From NCBI GenBank assembly GCA_014894455.1, contig JADBLN010000030.1:13547-62073 (forward strand): a stretch of DNA of 48,527 bases. Direction: 5' to 3'. Position 1 is the stretch's first letter, and every line of letters begins with the position of its first letter. The position numbers were made by a program, and so were the translations under genes. Source of the stretch: Acidobacteriota bacterium (lineage in GTDB: Bacteria > Acidobacteriota > Aminicenantia > Aminicenantales > Saccharicenantaceae). This document shows, piece after piece, positions 9,171-18,437 of this stretch. Under the pieces are notes generated by a model, which saw nothing but the letters and a program-made list of their open reading frames with translations, made no database searches and was not told where the DNA came from.

Positions 9171-9285
9171 GGTTTTCTTCCCCTTTAAAAATAATAGAAT
9201 CTTGCCTATTCCGCGGCGTGGCGAAGAACAGTTTTCGATATAGAATATTTCCCGCTCGACCGTCATGCTCGACGCATGACAAAGA

Positions 9286-9325
9286 AAAGAGAGGCAGTTT
9301 CCTCCGGAGGAGACGGCCTTCTTTT
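9286..9325. terminator. Bidirectional intrinsic terminator after yfcC
   Basis: aaaagag-AGGCAGTTTCCT-ccgg-AGGAGACGGCCT-tctttt hairpin with A/T tracts on both sides. Confidence 0.65.
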
Positions 9326-9329
9326 GTTA

Positions 9330-10736
9330 TCAGTTCGGCCCCCATTTCATGAGGACGGGGGGGACGAGGGATAGGGCCGCGAAAAGGACCCAGAGGACGA
9401 GGAGCGGCACCAGCCACTTGGCCCATTTCTCCCACTTCAGCCCGGCCAGGCCCAGGACGCCCATGGTCACGCCGGAGGTCGGCAGGACGGGGTTGATGTA
9501 CTCGGCCAGCTGGAAGGCGAAGACGGACGTCTGCCGGGTGATGCCGACGAGGTCGCCCAGCGGGGCCATGATGGGGATGGTCAGCGCCGCCTGGGCCGTC
9601 CCCGAATGGACGAAGAAGTTGATGACGCACTGGGAAACGAACATGAGCTCGGCCGAGATGAGCGGGTGGAACTGGGAGATCGTCCCGGCCATGGCCGCCA
9701 GGATCGTGTCCAGGATCCGGCCGTCCTGGGCCACGATCAGGATGGCCCGGGCCGTGCCGATGATCAGGGCCGCGTTGACCATGTCCTTGGCCCCCTCGAC
9801 GAACGATTTCCCCATCTCTTCGTTCTTGAGCTTGCCCGCGACCCCGGCGAAGATCCCCATGGCCAGGAAAACACCGCCGATCTCGTAGATGAACCATTGG
9901 TATTTCAGGATGCCGAAGATCATGACGCCGAAGCCCAGGCCGAAGACCGCCATGACCCGCTTGTGGGCGGCCGTCAGCACGAGCTTCTCGATCATCTGGC
10001 TCCCGACCTGGAGATTTTTCCGCTTCTCGAGGTCCTCTTCGTAGGTCGGGCTCTTCGTCGGGTCCTTGTGGATCCGGCCCGCGTAGCGCATGACGATGGC
10101 GATGACGATGGCCGTCCCGCCGGCCCAGACGATGAGCCTGTAGCCCAGCCCGGAATAGAGGGGCAGGCTGGCGATGCCCTGGGCGATCCCAACCGTAAAC
10201 GGGTTGAAAAAGGCACCGGCGAAGCCGGCCGCCGCGCCCAGGAACGGCAGGGCAACCCCGACGATGGTGTCGTAGCCCAACGACAGGGAGAGCGGGACGA
10301 AGATCAGTATGAAGGGCATGGTCTCCTCGCACATGCCCCAGATGGCGCCTCCCAGGGAAAAAATGATCATGGTCACGGGGATGAAAAGGACCCGGAGAGT
10401 CTTGCTTCGTCCGAACTTCAAGGCCAGATTGTGGATGACCGTCGAAATGGCCCCTGTCTTCTGTATGATGGAGAACGCACCGCCGAAGATAAAGACGATG
10501 ACGATGATGGCCGCGGCGTCGACGAAGCCCTTGGCCGGCGAGACGAAGAGCGCGCCGAGCCCCTGCGGCCGGCTCTCGGTCCGCTGGTAGGACCCGGCCA
10601 CGGGGATAGTCCGGCCGTCCTTCTCCACGCGCTTGTATTGGCCGCCGGGGATGATCCAGGTGGCGACCACGGTCAGGACGACCATGATGTAGATGAGGAC
10701 GAGCGTGTGGGGGAGCTTCAGCTTCTTCAGGCTCAT
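9330..10736 (-). CDS. yfcC: YfcC/DcuC-like family transporter (putative dipeptide or basic amino acid transporter)
   Basis: LPHTLVLIY...TWIIPGGQY; GMCEETMPF; NPFTVGIAQGIA; SGTAQAALTIPIMAPL; PTSGVTMGVL. ATG 10736 overlaps the cyanophycinase stop (ATGA). Confidence 0.9.
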   Translation of the reverse strand: MSLKKLKLPHTLVLIYIMVVLTVVATWIIPGGQYKRVEKDGRTIPVAGSYQRTESRPQGLGALFVSPAKGFVDAAAIIVIVFIFGGAFSIIQKTGAISTVIHNLALKFGRSKTLRVLFIPVTMIIFSLGGAIWGMCEETMPFILIFVPLSLSLGYDTIVGVALPFLGAAAGFAGAFFNPFTVGIAQGIASLPLYSGLGYRLIVWAGGTAIVIAIVMRYAGRIHKDPTKSPTYEEDLEKRKNLQVGSQMIEKLVLTAAHKRVMAVFGLGFGVMIFGILKYQWFIYEIGGVFLAMGIFAGVAGKLKNEEMGKSFVEGAKDMVNAALIIGTARAILIVAQDGRILDTILAAMAGTISQFHPLISAELMFVSQCVINFFVHSGTAQAALTIPIMAPLGDLVGITRQTSVFAFQLAEYINPVLPTSGVTMGVLGLAGLKWEKWAKWLVPLLVLWVLFAALSLVPPVLMKWGPN

Positions 10737-11626
10737 TTCGACGGGCCCTCCGCGCGCCCCTCGACCGGGTCGAAGACGTCGCCGGCGAGGAGGAGGTGCA
10801 GGGCCAGGCCGTGGCCGCCCAGCTTGTTGGACGAGGCCTTGGTAACGACCGCCTTGCGGGCGTCGACCACGAAGACCTGGCTCTCGCCGAGGACCTCCCA
10901 CTTGCCGTCGGGACGGACCAGAATGGCCGTCGATTCGTCGATGCCGGCCCCGATGAGGGCCGGGTTCTCCAGGACGAGGCTGATGAGGCGGTTCTGCCGC
11001 CGCCGGACGAGGAAATGCTGGTCGATGACGGCGTTCTTGACGAAGCCGAAGCCGCGGACGCGGACAACGTTCTCGGCTTCGACCGTCTGCCACAGCTCGT
11101 CTTCGTTCTTGGTCCTCTTCTCGTCGCCGGTGATCATGACCTCGCTCATGACGGCCGCGCCGGCGCTCGTACCCCCGATGAGGCACCCCGCCGCGTAGAG
11201 CTCGAGCATCCGGGCGTGGATGGGCGTGTCGAGGAGCGCGGCGGTCAACCTGGCTTGGTCCCCGCCGGCGAACCAGATGGCGCTCGCACCGTCGAGGATC
11301 TTGGCGCTGTCGGCCCTCATGGCCTGCTCCCGGGAGAGCTGGTAAAAACCGACGTCCTTGACGCCGCGCTTCTGGAATTCGGCGACGAGCTCCGGCCCGA
11401 CTTCGAGCGGGACGCTGCTGGCCATGGTGAAGACGACGACCCGGCCCGTGCCGAATCCCTTGGCCAGCTCGACATAGCGCTTCATCAGGGGCTCGTCGCG
11501 GTCGCCGCCCCCGACGATGAAGAGGTGCCCCTTAGGTCCGGCCGGTACGGCGCGCGCACAGGCCGGAACGAGGGACATGGCCGCAAGGATAAGGACCATG
11601 GAAACGAAGAACGCGCTTTTTTTCAA
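10733..11626 (-). CDS. cphB: Cyanophycinase (peptidase S51), exported
   Basis: LFIVGGG, WFAGGDQARL, GGTSAGAAVMS (catalytic Ser), IDQHF..RRRQNRL, GIDEST; N-terminal signal or lipoprotein peptide; TTG start with GGAGG. Confidence 0.9.
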   Translation of the reverse strand: MKKSAFFVSMVLILAAMSLVPACARAVPAGPKGHLFIVGGGDRDEPLMKRYVELAKGFGTGRVVVFTMASSVPLEVGPELVAEFQKRGVKDVGFYQLSREQAMRADSAKILDGASAIWFAGGDQARLTAALLDTPIHARMLELYAAGCLIGGTSAGAAVMSEVMITGDEKRTKNEDELWQTVEAENVVRVRGFGFVKNAVIDQHFLVRRRQNRLISLVLENPALIGAGIDESTAILVRPDGKWEVLGESQVFVVDARKAVVTKASSNKLGGHGLALHLLLAGDVFDPVEGRAEGPSK

Positions 11627-11762
11627 CTCATCCTCCGTCCAGATCAGGGACGTTTCCTATTTGAGTAAAGCACTATACCCCAATCGAGGTCAGAAGAGGA
11701 AGGGCCCCCTCATCGTCCGTCCCCAGATCCAGCCCGAGCTGTGACTTGGACAGCCGTTCCGC

Positions 11763-14438
11763 TTAGAACATGACTTCGAGGGAGACCGGCTTCCCCGCTT
11801 CGACCCGGACGGGCTTGGCCCACTGGACGCGGACGGTGTTCCCTGTCTGACGGAACGAAGGCTTCGCCGCGACGCCGCCGGTGATTCCCCCGATCGAGCG
11901 GACCTTCCTTCCCGCGAGGGAAAGCGGGAGGACCACGGTGAATTCCTTGAGGTCGACCGTTCCGACCCGAGCCTCGAGCCCTAGGACGAGGGCTTTGCCC
12001 GGCTCGGCCTTTTGGGAGAAGACGCCCCAGCCGGACCCGGCCGTCCAGACCGTCCGGAAGTCGTCGGCGTTCATCTTCGGGTCGAAGCCCATCCTCATCT
12101 CGGGTCCCGAGTAGGAAAAGCCCGAGAGCGCCAGCAGGACGCCCCACGAGGACATGGCCCGGGCATAATGGTGTCCGCACTCGACCTCGTCCCATGGGTT
12201 GCGCCGGAAGCCGTCGTAGCGGTCGCGGACGGCCTTGACGACGCTCAGCCCCTCCTCGAGGAGGCCTTCGTAGATGAGATGTGAGGCGACCTGATACTCG
12301 ATCCCGGTCCAAACCTCGTCGGAATAGGGAAAAGGCAGGGGCGGCCGGCCGCCGCGGGGCCAGGAGCAGAGGAGCAGGCCTTTCTCGTCGCCGAGGGCGT
12401 AGGTCCGCTGGACGTTGGAGAAGTTCCGGAAGTCGGTCAGAAAATTATATTTGAAGATCGACCGGAGCGAGGACTGGATGCGTTCGGCCGGGAGGTATCG
12501 GCCGAGGCCCGAGACCATGCCCAACCATTGACCGAGGAGCATGTCGGAGAGGCAGCCCTCGCCGTATTGGTATTTTTTCTCCATGACCTGGGCGTATTTC
12601 TGGACGTAGAACTCGCCGTTCCAGAGGAGCTTGTCGTAGGCCGCGCGGCCCTTGTCGTACGTGGCCAGGTATTCTTTGGCCGAGGCGCGGTCGCCCACGG
12701 CCGTGGCCATGGCCGCGCCCGCTTTGAGCGCGCCGAGATAGAAGGCCCCCATCATGCTGTTCGGGCCGTAGAATTCGATGTCGTAGGTGTTGTGCTGTTC
12801 GCCCTCCATCAGCCCGTCGCGGTCGGCGTCCCACGATGTCCAGGCGTAGTCGAGGGCCTTTTTGGCCTGAGGCCAAAGCTTCCGGAGCCAGCCCGTGTCA
12901 CCCGAGATCTGCCAATCGCGGTAGAGGCTGATGATGCGGCCCATCTGGCCGTCGGCCGCGGACTTGAAGTTCCACAGGACTCCGCTTCCGAGCGGCAGAG
13001 AAGTCCGGAAAACCATGGCCCCGTCGGGCTTGACGTTATTCAGGAAATCCGTCTCGCGCATGGAGCGTTCGAGCGACGGGAAAAGGAAGGCCAGGCTCTG
13101 GGCATAGTTCCAGACGTGGGCGCAGTTGAGGGGGCAACAGCCGCCCTGATCGCCGCAACCCTCGAAGCCGAAATAATTCCCGCCCTCGAGCCAGAGCCCC
13201 GTCGTCGTCCGGATGATCGCGGCCTGACTGGAGACGGCGTCGAGGACGTAGGACGGCAGGGTCGTCGAGAAGAAGGCCTGGTGGAAGACGCGGCTTTCGT
13301 TCTCGAGCCGGCCGAGGTTCGCCTGGAGAAATTCCGCGGCGGCCCAGGCGTCCGGAAAACGCTCGGCGTAGTGGTTCTTGAAGATCCGGCCGCGCTGTTC
13401 CGGGACGATGTCGAAATAATTGAGGACGTTGGGGAAATGCCAGGACAGGATGAACGGCAGGACGACCTCCTCGCCGGGCGCGACCGTGGCCATGAGGCCG
13501 AGCGTCCCGACGTCGGAACGGCCGTCGGGCGAGGGCGAGATTTCGGCCAGGTCCTTGAGCCGGCCGTCGGCGGCGAAGTCGTCCCAGAAGATCTGGAGGT
13601 CGTCCCACCACTCGCCCCGGACCCAATGGGTAAGGGTGGTGATGTCGGGCCAGGAAGTCGCGAGGGCCATCGTTCCGTAGGCCGGCGCTTCGGGCTTGAC
13701 CTTGCGGGAGGACATCGTGAGGCCGCGGAGCGTCGGCGTTTTCCTGATCTCGTTGACGTTTTGGCCGAACTTATCGTGGCCGAGGCCGCCGACCTGGCCT
13801 TCGCCGTCGAAGCCGACCGGGTTGAGGATAGAGCCAGCGATGGTGATCTTGGCGGGGGCGGACCCCGTGTTCTTCACCCGGTAGCGCAGGATGAAGGCGG
13901 GGATCCCGGAATCTTCGGGCTTGAGCGGGACGAGCGGGTTGAAGGCCTCGAGCGTGATCTGGAGCGGGATCTGGCTATCCGAGAGCTCGATCGCGGCGAA
14001 CGGATACTCGCCCTTGAAGCGGGCCTTCTCCATGCGCGGCAGGCCGGGCACGTCCTCGCGGCGGAAGCCGAACCCGGTCGTGAACGGAGGTTCGAGCGGA
14101 CCTTCGAGGACGCGGACGAGCTTGCGCCCGTCCTGCTCGAAATAGAGGGCGAAGAACGTGAACGGCAGGTTGACGCCCTTTCCCGGCCGGTTGAAGATCT
14201 CCCAGTCGCGGAGGTTGCCGCGGCCGCCGAGGGAGATCGTCCCCGTGCCGATGCCGCCGAGCGGGAAGGCGACCTCACGAAGGGCCGCGCCCTCGAACGT
14301 CCGCACGGGCCCGGGCCGGAAGAGCTCATCGCGGCCGTAAGCCGGGGACGCGGCTTGGGACGCTTTCGAATCCTCTGCCGCCGCGACAGCCGGCAGGAAG
14401 AGGGAAGAGATCAGGCCGAGGATCAGGAGCTTTCTCAT
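11763..14438 (-). CDS. Glycoside hydrolase family 116 (beta-glucosidase/glucosylceramidase-like), exported
   Basis: FPLGGIGTG..GRGNLRDWEIFNRP; GFEG..GCCPLNCAHVWNYAQ; AADGQMG; QHNTYDIEFYG; EVWTGIEY; ECGHHYARAMSSW. Confidence 0.92.
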   Translation of the reverse strand: MRKLLILGLISSLFLPAVAAAEDSKASQAASPAYGRDELFRPGPVRTFEGAALREVAFPLGGIGTGTISLGGRGNLRDWEIFNRPGKGVNLPFTFFALYFEQDGRKLVRVLEGPLEPPFTTGFGFRREDVPGLPRMEKARFKGEYPFAAIELSDSQIPLQITLEAFNPLVPLKPEDSGIPAFILRYRVKNTGSAPAKITIAGSILNPVGFDGEGQVGGLGHDKFGQNVNEIRKTPTLRGLTMSSRKVKPEAPAYGTMALATSWPDITTLTHWVRGEWWDDLQIFWDDFAADGRLKDLAEISPSPDGRSDVGTLGLMATVAPGEEVVLPFILSWHFPNVLNYFDIVPEQRGRIFKNHYAERFPDAWAAAEFLQANLGRLENESRVFHQAFFSTTLPSYVLDAVSSQAAIIRTTTGLWLEGGNYFGFEGCGDQGGCCPLNCAHVWNYAQSLAFLFPSLERSMRETDFLNNVKPDGAMVFRTSLPLGSGVLWNFKSAADGQMGRIISLYRDWQISGDTGWLRKLWPQAKKALDYAWTSWDADRDGLMEGEQHNTYDIEFYGPNSMMGAFYLGALKAGAAMATAVGDRASAKEYLATYDKGRAAYDKLLWNGEFYVQKYAQVMEKKYQYGEGCLSDMLLGQWLGMVSGLGRYLPAERIQSSLRSIFKYNFLTDFRNFSNVQRTYALGDEKGLLLCSWPRGGRPPLPFPYSDEVWTGIEYQVASHLIYEGLLEEGLSVVKAVRDRYDGFRRNPWDEVECGHHYARAMSSWGVLLALSGFSYSGPEMRMGFDPKMNADDFRTVWTAGSGWGVFSQKAEPGKALVLGLEARVGTVDLKEFTVVLPLSLAGRKVRSIGGITGGVAAKPSFRQTGNTVRVQWAKPVRVEAGKPVSLEVMF

Positions 14439-14529
14439 GGACGGGCCCTCCTTCGGATCAGAGGATATTCGATGTCGTTCTTTTTCTAACGGATTAAAGC
14501 CGTAAAGTCAAACGCGTCCGGCGAGCGCT

Positions 14530-15009
14530 TCATCCGGTTATCGTTTTCCTTCTCCGCTCGAGAAGCCTCTCGATTTTTCGCTCCATGTCGCCGGTGTGAG
14601 TGCCCTGCCAAAAGACGCGGTCACAGCCCGGGCAGATGGAGAACGACGAGGCGTGCTCCAAGACGTAGGGCGTAACGAGGTTCCGCGCCCGTTCCCTGGC
14701 CACGGGCTTGAGAGGGAGGTTGCATTCGATACAACGCGTGTTCGGCCGGACCTCGTCCCAGAGCCCGAACTCGTCGAGGATCTGGGCGACCTGTTCCTCC
14801 CAATCGTCGCTGCGGACAAACAGGCGGTTCGGCCGCTTGGCCGTCTTCTCGATGAGCCCCGTGTCCCGGGTCAGAAGGACCCGGCCTTCGCGCCACGCGA
14901 TGTCAACGAGGTCTTTGTCTTCCGCCTTGGAGAAATAGAGGACGTCGAAGCCGAGGATCCTGAGCCACTTGGCCAGCCGGCCGAGCATGCAGTCGGCGAC
15001 GAAGGTCAT
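14530..15009 (-). CDS. Mut7-C RNase domain protein (DUF82, PIN fold plus Zn ribbon)
   Basis: FVADCMLGRLAKWLRILGFD; LLTRD; RCIECN...CPGCDRVFWQGTH. Confidence 0.9.
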   Translation of the reverse strand: MTFVADCMLGRLAKWLRILGFDVLYFSKAEDKDLVDIAWREGRVLLTRDTGLIEKTAKRPNRLFVRSDDWEEQVAQILDEFGLWDEVRPNTRCIECNLPLKPVARERARNLVTPYVLEHASSFSICPGCDRVFWQGTHTGDMERKIERLLERRRKTITG

Positions 15010-15019
15010 GGCCGGCGCC

Positions 15020-15772
15020 TCAAAGGCCGAGGAATTGGACGGCGAGGCCGGAGACGAAGATCATCAGCCCGGCCAGGGCGTGGGAGTACCGCTCGAGCTT
15101 GCCCAGCCGGACGAAGCGCGCCCCCCACGAAGCGGCCGTGATGATAATGAGCATGGTGGCGATGGTGGCTAGGCCGAAGGCCCCGGCGACCAGGGCGACA
15201 CCGGCCGTGCTGTGGCGGGCCGCGGGGTACATGACCAGGGGGATGAGCGGCTCGCAAGGGCCGAAGACGAAAATGGTGAACAGGACCCAGGGAGTGATGT
15301 TGGCCTTCTTCTCTTCGCCGTGGAGGTGGGCGTGCTCGGCTTTCTCGTGCGAATGGACGTGCTCGTGGACGCCGTGCTCCGGGCTATGCGGGTGCTCGTG
15401 GGCCCCGTCGCAGCCGTGGAGGTGGGCATGCGTGTGCGGCTTGCCCTTCCAGGCCCGGCGCATCCCCCAAATGAAATAAGCCAACCCGAAGCCGATGAGG
15501 AGCCAGGCGGCGATCTCGCCCCGGGCCGACTCCACGCCCTCGAGCCGGGCCACGGCGATGCCGAGGGCGATGCCGACGAAGCCGAGGACGACCGAGCTCA
15601 GGATATGGCCGAGACCGGCCAGGAAGGAGACGAAGAGCGTCTTGCGGAGCGTCCAGTTGCGGGCCCGGCTGATGACGATGAACGGCAGGTAGTGGTCGGG
15701 ACCGATGACGGTGTGGATGAGGCCGAGCGAGGCGGCCGTGCCGGCCAGGACCCAGATCTCGCGTTCGATCAT
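15020..15772 (-). CDS. His-rich Ni/Co transporter-like membrane protein (NicO/UreH/DsbD_2-type)
   Basis: HTVIGPDHYLPF; GLGHILSS; His-rich loop; FGPCEPLIP; GAGGAGG RBS before ATG 15772. Confidence 0.8.
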   Translation of the reverse strand: MIEREIWVLAGTAASLGLIHTVIGPDHYLPFIVISRARNWTLRKTLFVSFLAGLGHILSSVVLGFVGIALGIAVARLEGVESARGEIAAWLLIGFGLAYFIWGMRRAWKGKPHTHAHLHGCDGAHEHPHSPEHGVHEHVHSHEKAEHAHLHGEEKKANITPWVLFTIFVFGPCEPLIPLVMYPAARHSTAGVALVAGAFGLATIATMLIIITAASWGARFVRLGKLERYSHALAGLMIFVSGLAVQFLGL

Positions 15773-15818
15773 CTCGACTCCTCCTCGAGGCACGCGCCCG
15801 GCCCCGGGGCAAAAAAAA

Positions 15819-15894
15819 TGGTGGACGGTAGGAGACTCGAACTCCCGGCCTCAGCGTTGCGAACGCCGCGCTCTCCCAACTGAGCTAACCGCCC
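15819..15894 (-). tRNA. tRNA-Ala(CGC)
   Basis: 76-nt cloverleaf GGGCGGTTAGCTCAGTTGGGAGAGCGCGGCGTT-CGC-AACGCTGAGGCCGGGAGTTCGAGTCTCCTACCGTCCACCA; G3:U70 Ala identity pair; encoded CCA. Confidence 0.97.
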
Positions 15895-16092
15895 ACACCC
15901 CGGCCTTCAAGGCCTTTGAGCCCTCTAAATTTAGCACGTTTCGGCGATTATTTCTATTCCGATCAGAAAGACGGAGGCTCCACGCGTAAGCGTCCGTGGA
16001 TTTTTTGACTCCGGGCCTTGGAGCCCCGTCCCCGAAGCGGGGAATTCGCTACTCCTCCAGGGGCATACGTCCGCGGGATCCCGCGAAGGGGA

Positions 16093-16121
16093 TTGAAATC
16101 CCGCGCCGACTGGCTTACAAT
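16093..16121 (+). promoter_or_regulatory. Sigma70-type promoter TTGAAA-N17-TACAAT
   Basis: Near-consensus, just upstream of ATG 16140. Confidence 0.6.
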
Positions 16122-16139
16122 GCCCTCGGGAAAACCGCC

Positions 16140-16484
16140 ATGGCTAAAGCGCTGCTCGTCCTGTTCCTGATCGTCGTGGCCGCATTCTTCATCTACCGGC
16201 AAACCAGCCAGGCGCCTTCGGAAGAAGAGGAGATGGTCGCTTCCTTTCAGGACCGCTACGCCGTCGTCGTCCAAAAGTTCACGAGCGCCGCGGGCCGGGC
16301 CGGCGCGCTGGGACTCGACACGCTCGCCGACTCCGATTCCGCCGCCGACCAAGTCCTCAAGCTCCGGGACGAGCTGGTCCAGCTTCGAAAGACGCTGACC
16401 GAAGAGAAGGCCATCGGCAAGGCCGCCGCGCTCGCGGAAAAGATCGAGTATTTCTGCAAGAAAAACGACATCATCCGGCCTTGA
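16140..16484 (+). CDS. Small membrane-anchored hypothetical protein
   Basis: N-terminal TM segment (MAKALLVLFLIVVAAFFIY) followed by helical region; overlaps the GH36 start. Confidence 0.7.
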   Translation: MAKALLVLFLIVVAAFFIYRQTSQAPSEEEEMVASFQDRYAVVVQKFTSAAGRAGALGLDTLADSDSAADQVLKLRDELVQLRKTLTEEKAIGKAAALAEKIEYFCKKNDIIRP

Positions 16485-18292
16485 CAGCCCAACTTCTCGG
16501 AAAACCCATCCGCACCGGGCGACTGGTCCGGCGGCTGGAGAAAGCGCGCATCGAGGCCGGCGTCGAGAGAGCGGCGCACGGATACATCCTCAAGGGCACG
16601 GTTTCTGGCCGCCCCGGACGCCTGGAGATCTTCCGGACACCCGCCCCGCCGGCGTTCCTCCTCAACAACTGGCAGTCCTGGGGCCCGATGGAGCGCATCA
16701 CCCCTTCGACCAGGTTCCCCGAGCTCGAGGCCATCGTCCGTGATAACAGCCCTTATCTTTTCTCGCCGCTGCCGGACGTCCTTTTGCGCGGCCCGGTGAG
16801 CGACTATTTCGCCGCATGGGAGGGCACGGTCGCCGGGTTCCTGACCTCCCGCATCGGCCACCCGTTCTTCACCGTCGAGGGCGGAGACCTCGTCGGCTGG
16901 GTCGATTATTTCGACGCGGAATTCGACGCACCGGTCGCGCTCGAGCCCCTGGCCGTCCTTTCGGGCGGCGCCGTCGAGGATCTTCTCGACGTCTACGGCG
17001 CACTCGTCAAGCGGGCCAATCGCGTCCGCATCAACGCCTGGAACCCCGTCGGCTGGTGCAGCTGGTATCACTATTTCGGGAAGCTCGTCTGGGACGACGT
17101 CCTCGAGAACCTCGACATCGCAGCCCGCAACCGGAAGTCCTTCCCCTTCGACGTTTTCCAGGTCGACGACGGCTACGAAACCGACATCGGCGACTGGATG
17201 TCGCCCAAGTCGGGCTATCCGGACCTCCCCGGTCTGGCCCGGGCCATCGCCCGGAAGGGATTTAAAGCCGGAATCTGGACGGCGCCGTTCAGCGCGGCCG
17301 CGACTTCCGAGTTGTTCGCCAAGCACCCGGACTGGATGATCCAGGAGGACGGCCGGCCCAAGTTCTGCTACCGGGGCTGGGGGAAACCGATCTACGCCCT
17401 CGATACGACCCATCCGGAAGCGAAGACCTGGCTTCATGAGATGGTCACGGGCCTCAGAAAAGCCGGATTCTCATACCTCAAGATCGACTTTCTCTTCGCC
17501 GCGGCCATGCCCGGGACGAGGCGCAAGCGCGTCACCCCGGTCCAGGCCTACCGGGAGGGCTTGGGCGTCGTCCGCCGGGCGGCGGGAAGGGATTTCATCC
17601 TCGCCTGCGGCGCGCCCCTTCTGCCCTCGACCGGGCTCGTGGACGGCATGCGCGTCGGCGAGGACACCGCCCCCTACTGGAAAACCAAGCCTTCGGGCTT
17701 CCAGGGCCCGAACGCCTACTTCGCCCTCAAGAACGCCCTGCTCCGCCAGTTCATGCACCGGGCTTTCTGGCTCAACGACCCGGACTGCCTGCTCCTGCGC
17801 GGCCGGGAAACCGAGCTTACCCGGAACGAGCGGGAGCTTTACGCCCTCGCCGCCGGCGCGCTCGACAATATGGTCATCGCGAGCGACAAGCTCTCTCTCC
17901 TCGGCCCTGAGGAGAAAAATCTTTTTCTGCGCGCTCTCGCCCTCCGGAGCGGCAGGAGCCGGGTTTCAGGGCTGCTCGGGGAGGACGCTTATGTCATTCA
18001 CTCCAGGGGCGGTCCATCGGGTGACGTACGCCTCGGCGTCAATTTATCCGATGAGGAGGCCGTCGTCGGGGGGATTTCCGTGGCCCCCCGGTCCGGGGCG
18101 CTCCTCGAACCGGAATTGGCGGGAGGAGTCAAGGGACGAGCCTTCGCAGCGGACGTGGACCCCCCGTCCTGCCGGCTTCGCCACCGGCTTTGCAGTGCCG
18201 GTGCTGGCAACCGGCAGCACTGCCACCGGCTTGGCAGTGCCGGTGCTGGAGACCGGCAAGGGCGGTGGCAAGGCCGGGGCCCCGGCCGCTGA
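16481..18292 (+). CDS. Glycoside hydrolase family 36 (alpha-galactosidase-like)
   Basis: GWCSWYHY, FQVDDGYE, GIWTAPF, YLKIDF, MRVGED, WLNDPDC. The last ~55 aa are read from a repeat element. Confidence 0.9.
   Translation: MTAQLLGKPIRTGRLVRRLEKARIEAGVERAAHGYILKGTVSGRPGRLEIFRTPAPPAFLLNNWQSWGPMERITPSTRFPELEAIVRDNSPYLFSPLPDVLLRGPVSDYFAAWEGTVAGFLTSRIGHPFFTVEGGDLVGWVDYFDAEFDAPVALEPLAVLSGGAVEDLLDVYGALVKRANRVRINAWNPVGWCSWYHYFGKLVWDDVLENLDIAARNRKSFPFDVFQVDDGYETDIGDWMSPKSGYPDLPGLARAIARKGFKAGIWTAPFSAAATSELFAKHPDWMIQEDGRPKFCYRGWGKPIYALDTTHPEAKTWLHEMVTGLRKAGFSYLKIDFLFAAAMPGTRRKRVTPVQAYREGLGVVRRAAGRDFILACGAPLLPSTGLVDGMRVGEDTAPYWKTKPSGFQGPNAYFALKNALLRQFMHRAFWLNDPDCLLLRGRETELTRNERELYALAAGALDNMVIASDKLSLLGPEEKNLFLRALALRSGRSRVSGLLGEDAYVIHSRGGPSGDVRLGVNLSDEEAVVGGISVAPRSGALLEPELAGGVKGRAFAADVDPPSCRLRHRLCSAGAGNRQHCHRLGSAGAGDRQGRWQGRGPGR
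18181..18279 (+). repeat. 99-bp structured repeat (two ~42-bp hairpin units), copy 1
   Basis: Identical to 41629-41727 by manual comparison. Confidence 0.92.
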
Positions 18293-18320
18293 GGAAGAAT
18301 AATGGCGGGAAAGGCGGGAA

Positions 18321-18437
18321 CTAGCGCAGGAGAGAAGGGCCCTTGTGCCGGCCGGAGAGCTTGGACAGGCCGAAAATCAGGGCCCCCAAGAGAAGGGCGC
18401 CCAGCCCCCAAAACGTAAAGAGCCCCCTTTGGCTCAT
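18321..18437 (-). CDS. Putative 38-aa single-TM small protein
   Basis: MSQRGLFTFWGLGALLLGALIFGLSKLSGRHKGPSLLR*; AAGGTG RBS; TTGACT/TACAAT-like promoter boxes at about 18484-18516. Confidence 0.5.
   Translation of the reverse strand: MSQRGLFTFWGLGALLLGALIFGLSKLSGRHKGPSLLR

Noticed and set aside
4474-9596. yfcC duplicate as a DGR template/variable repeat pair
   Set aside because: Differences are not adenine-specific and are mostly synonymous; no reverse transcriptase is present.
9330-11186. 618-aa version of YfcC
   Set aside because: The N-terminal 150 aa overlap the cyanophycinase in another frame; the real start is ATG 10736.
15819-15894. tRNA-Ala as an integration site
   Set aside because: No duplicated tRNA 3' end or integrase seen; flanking genes have host-like composition.
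18181-18279. The 42-bp tandem units as a mini CRISPR array
   Set aside because: Only two units, no unique spacers, identical copy elsewhere, no cas genes.
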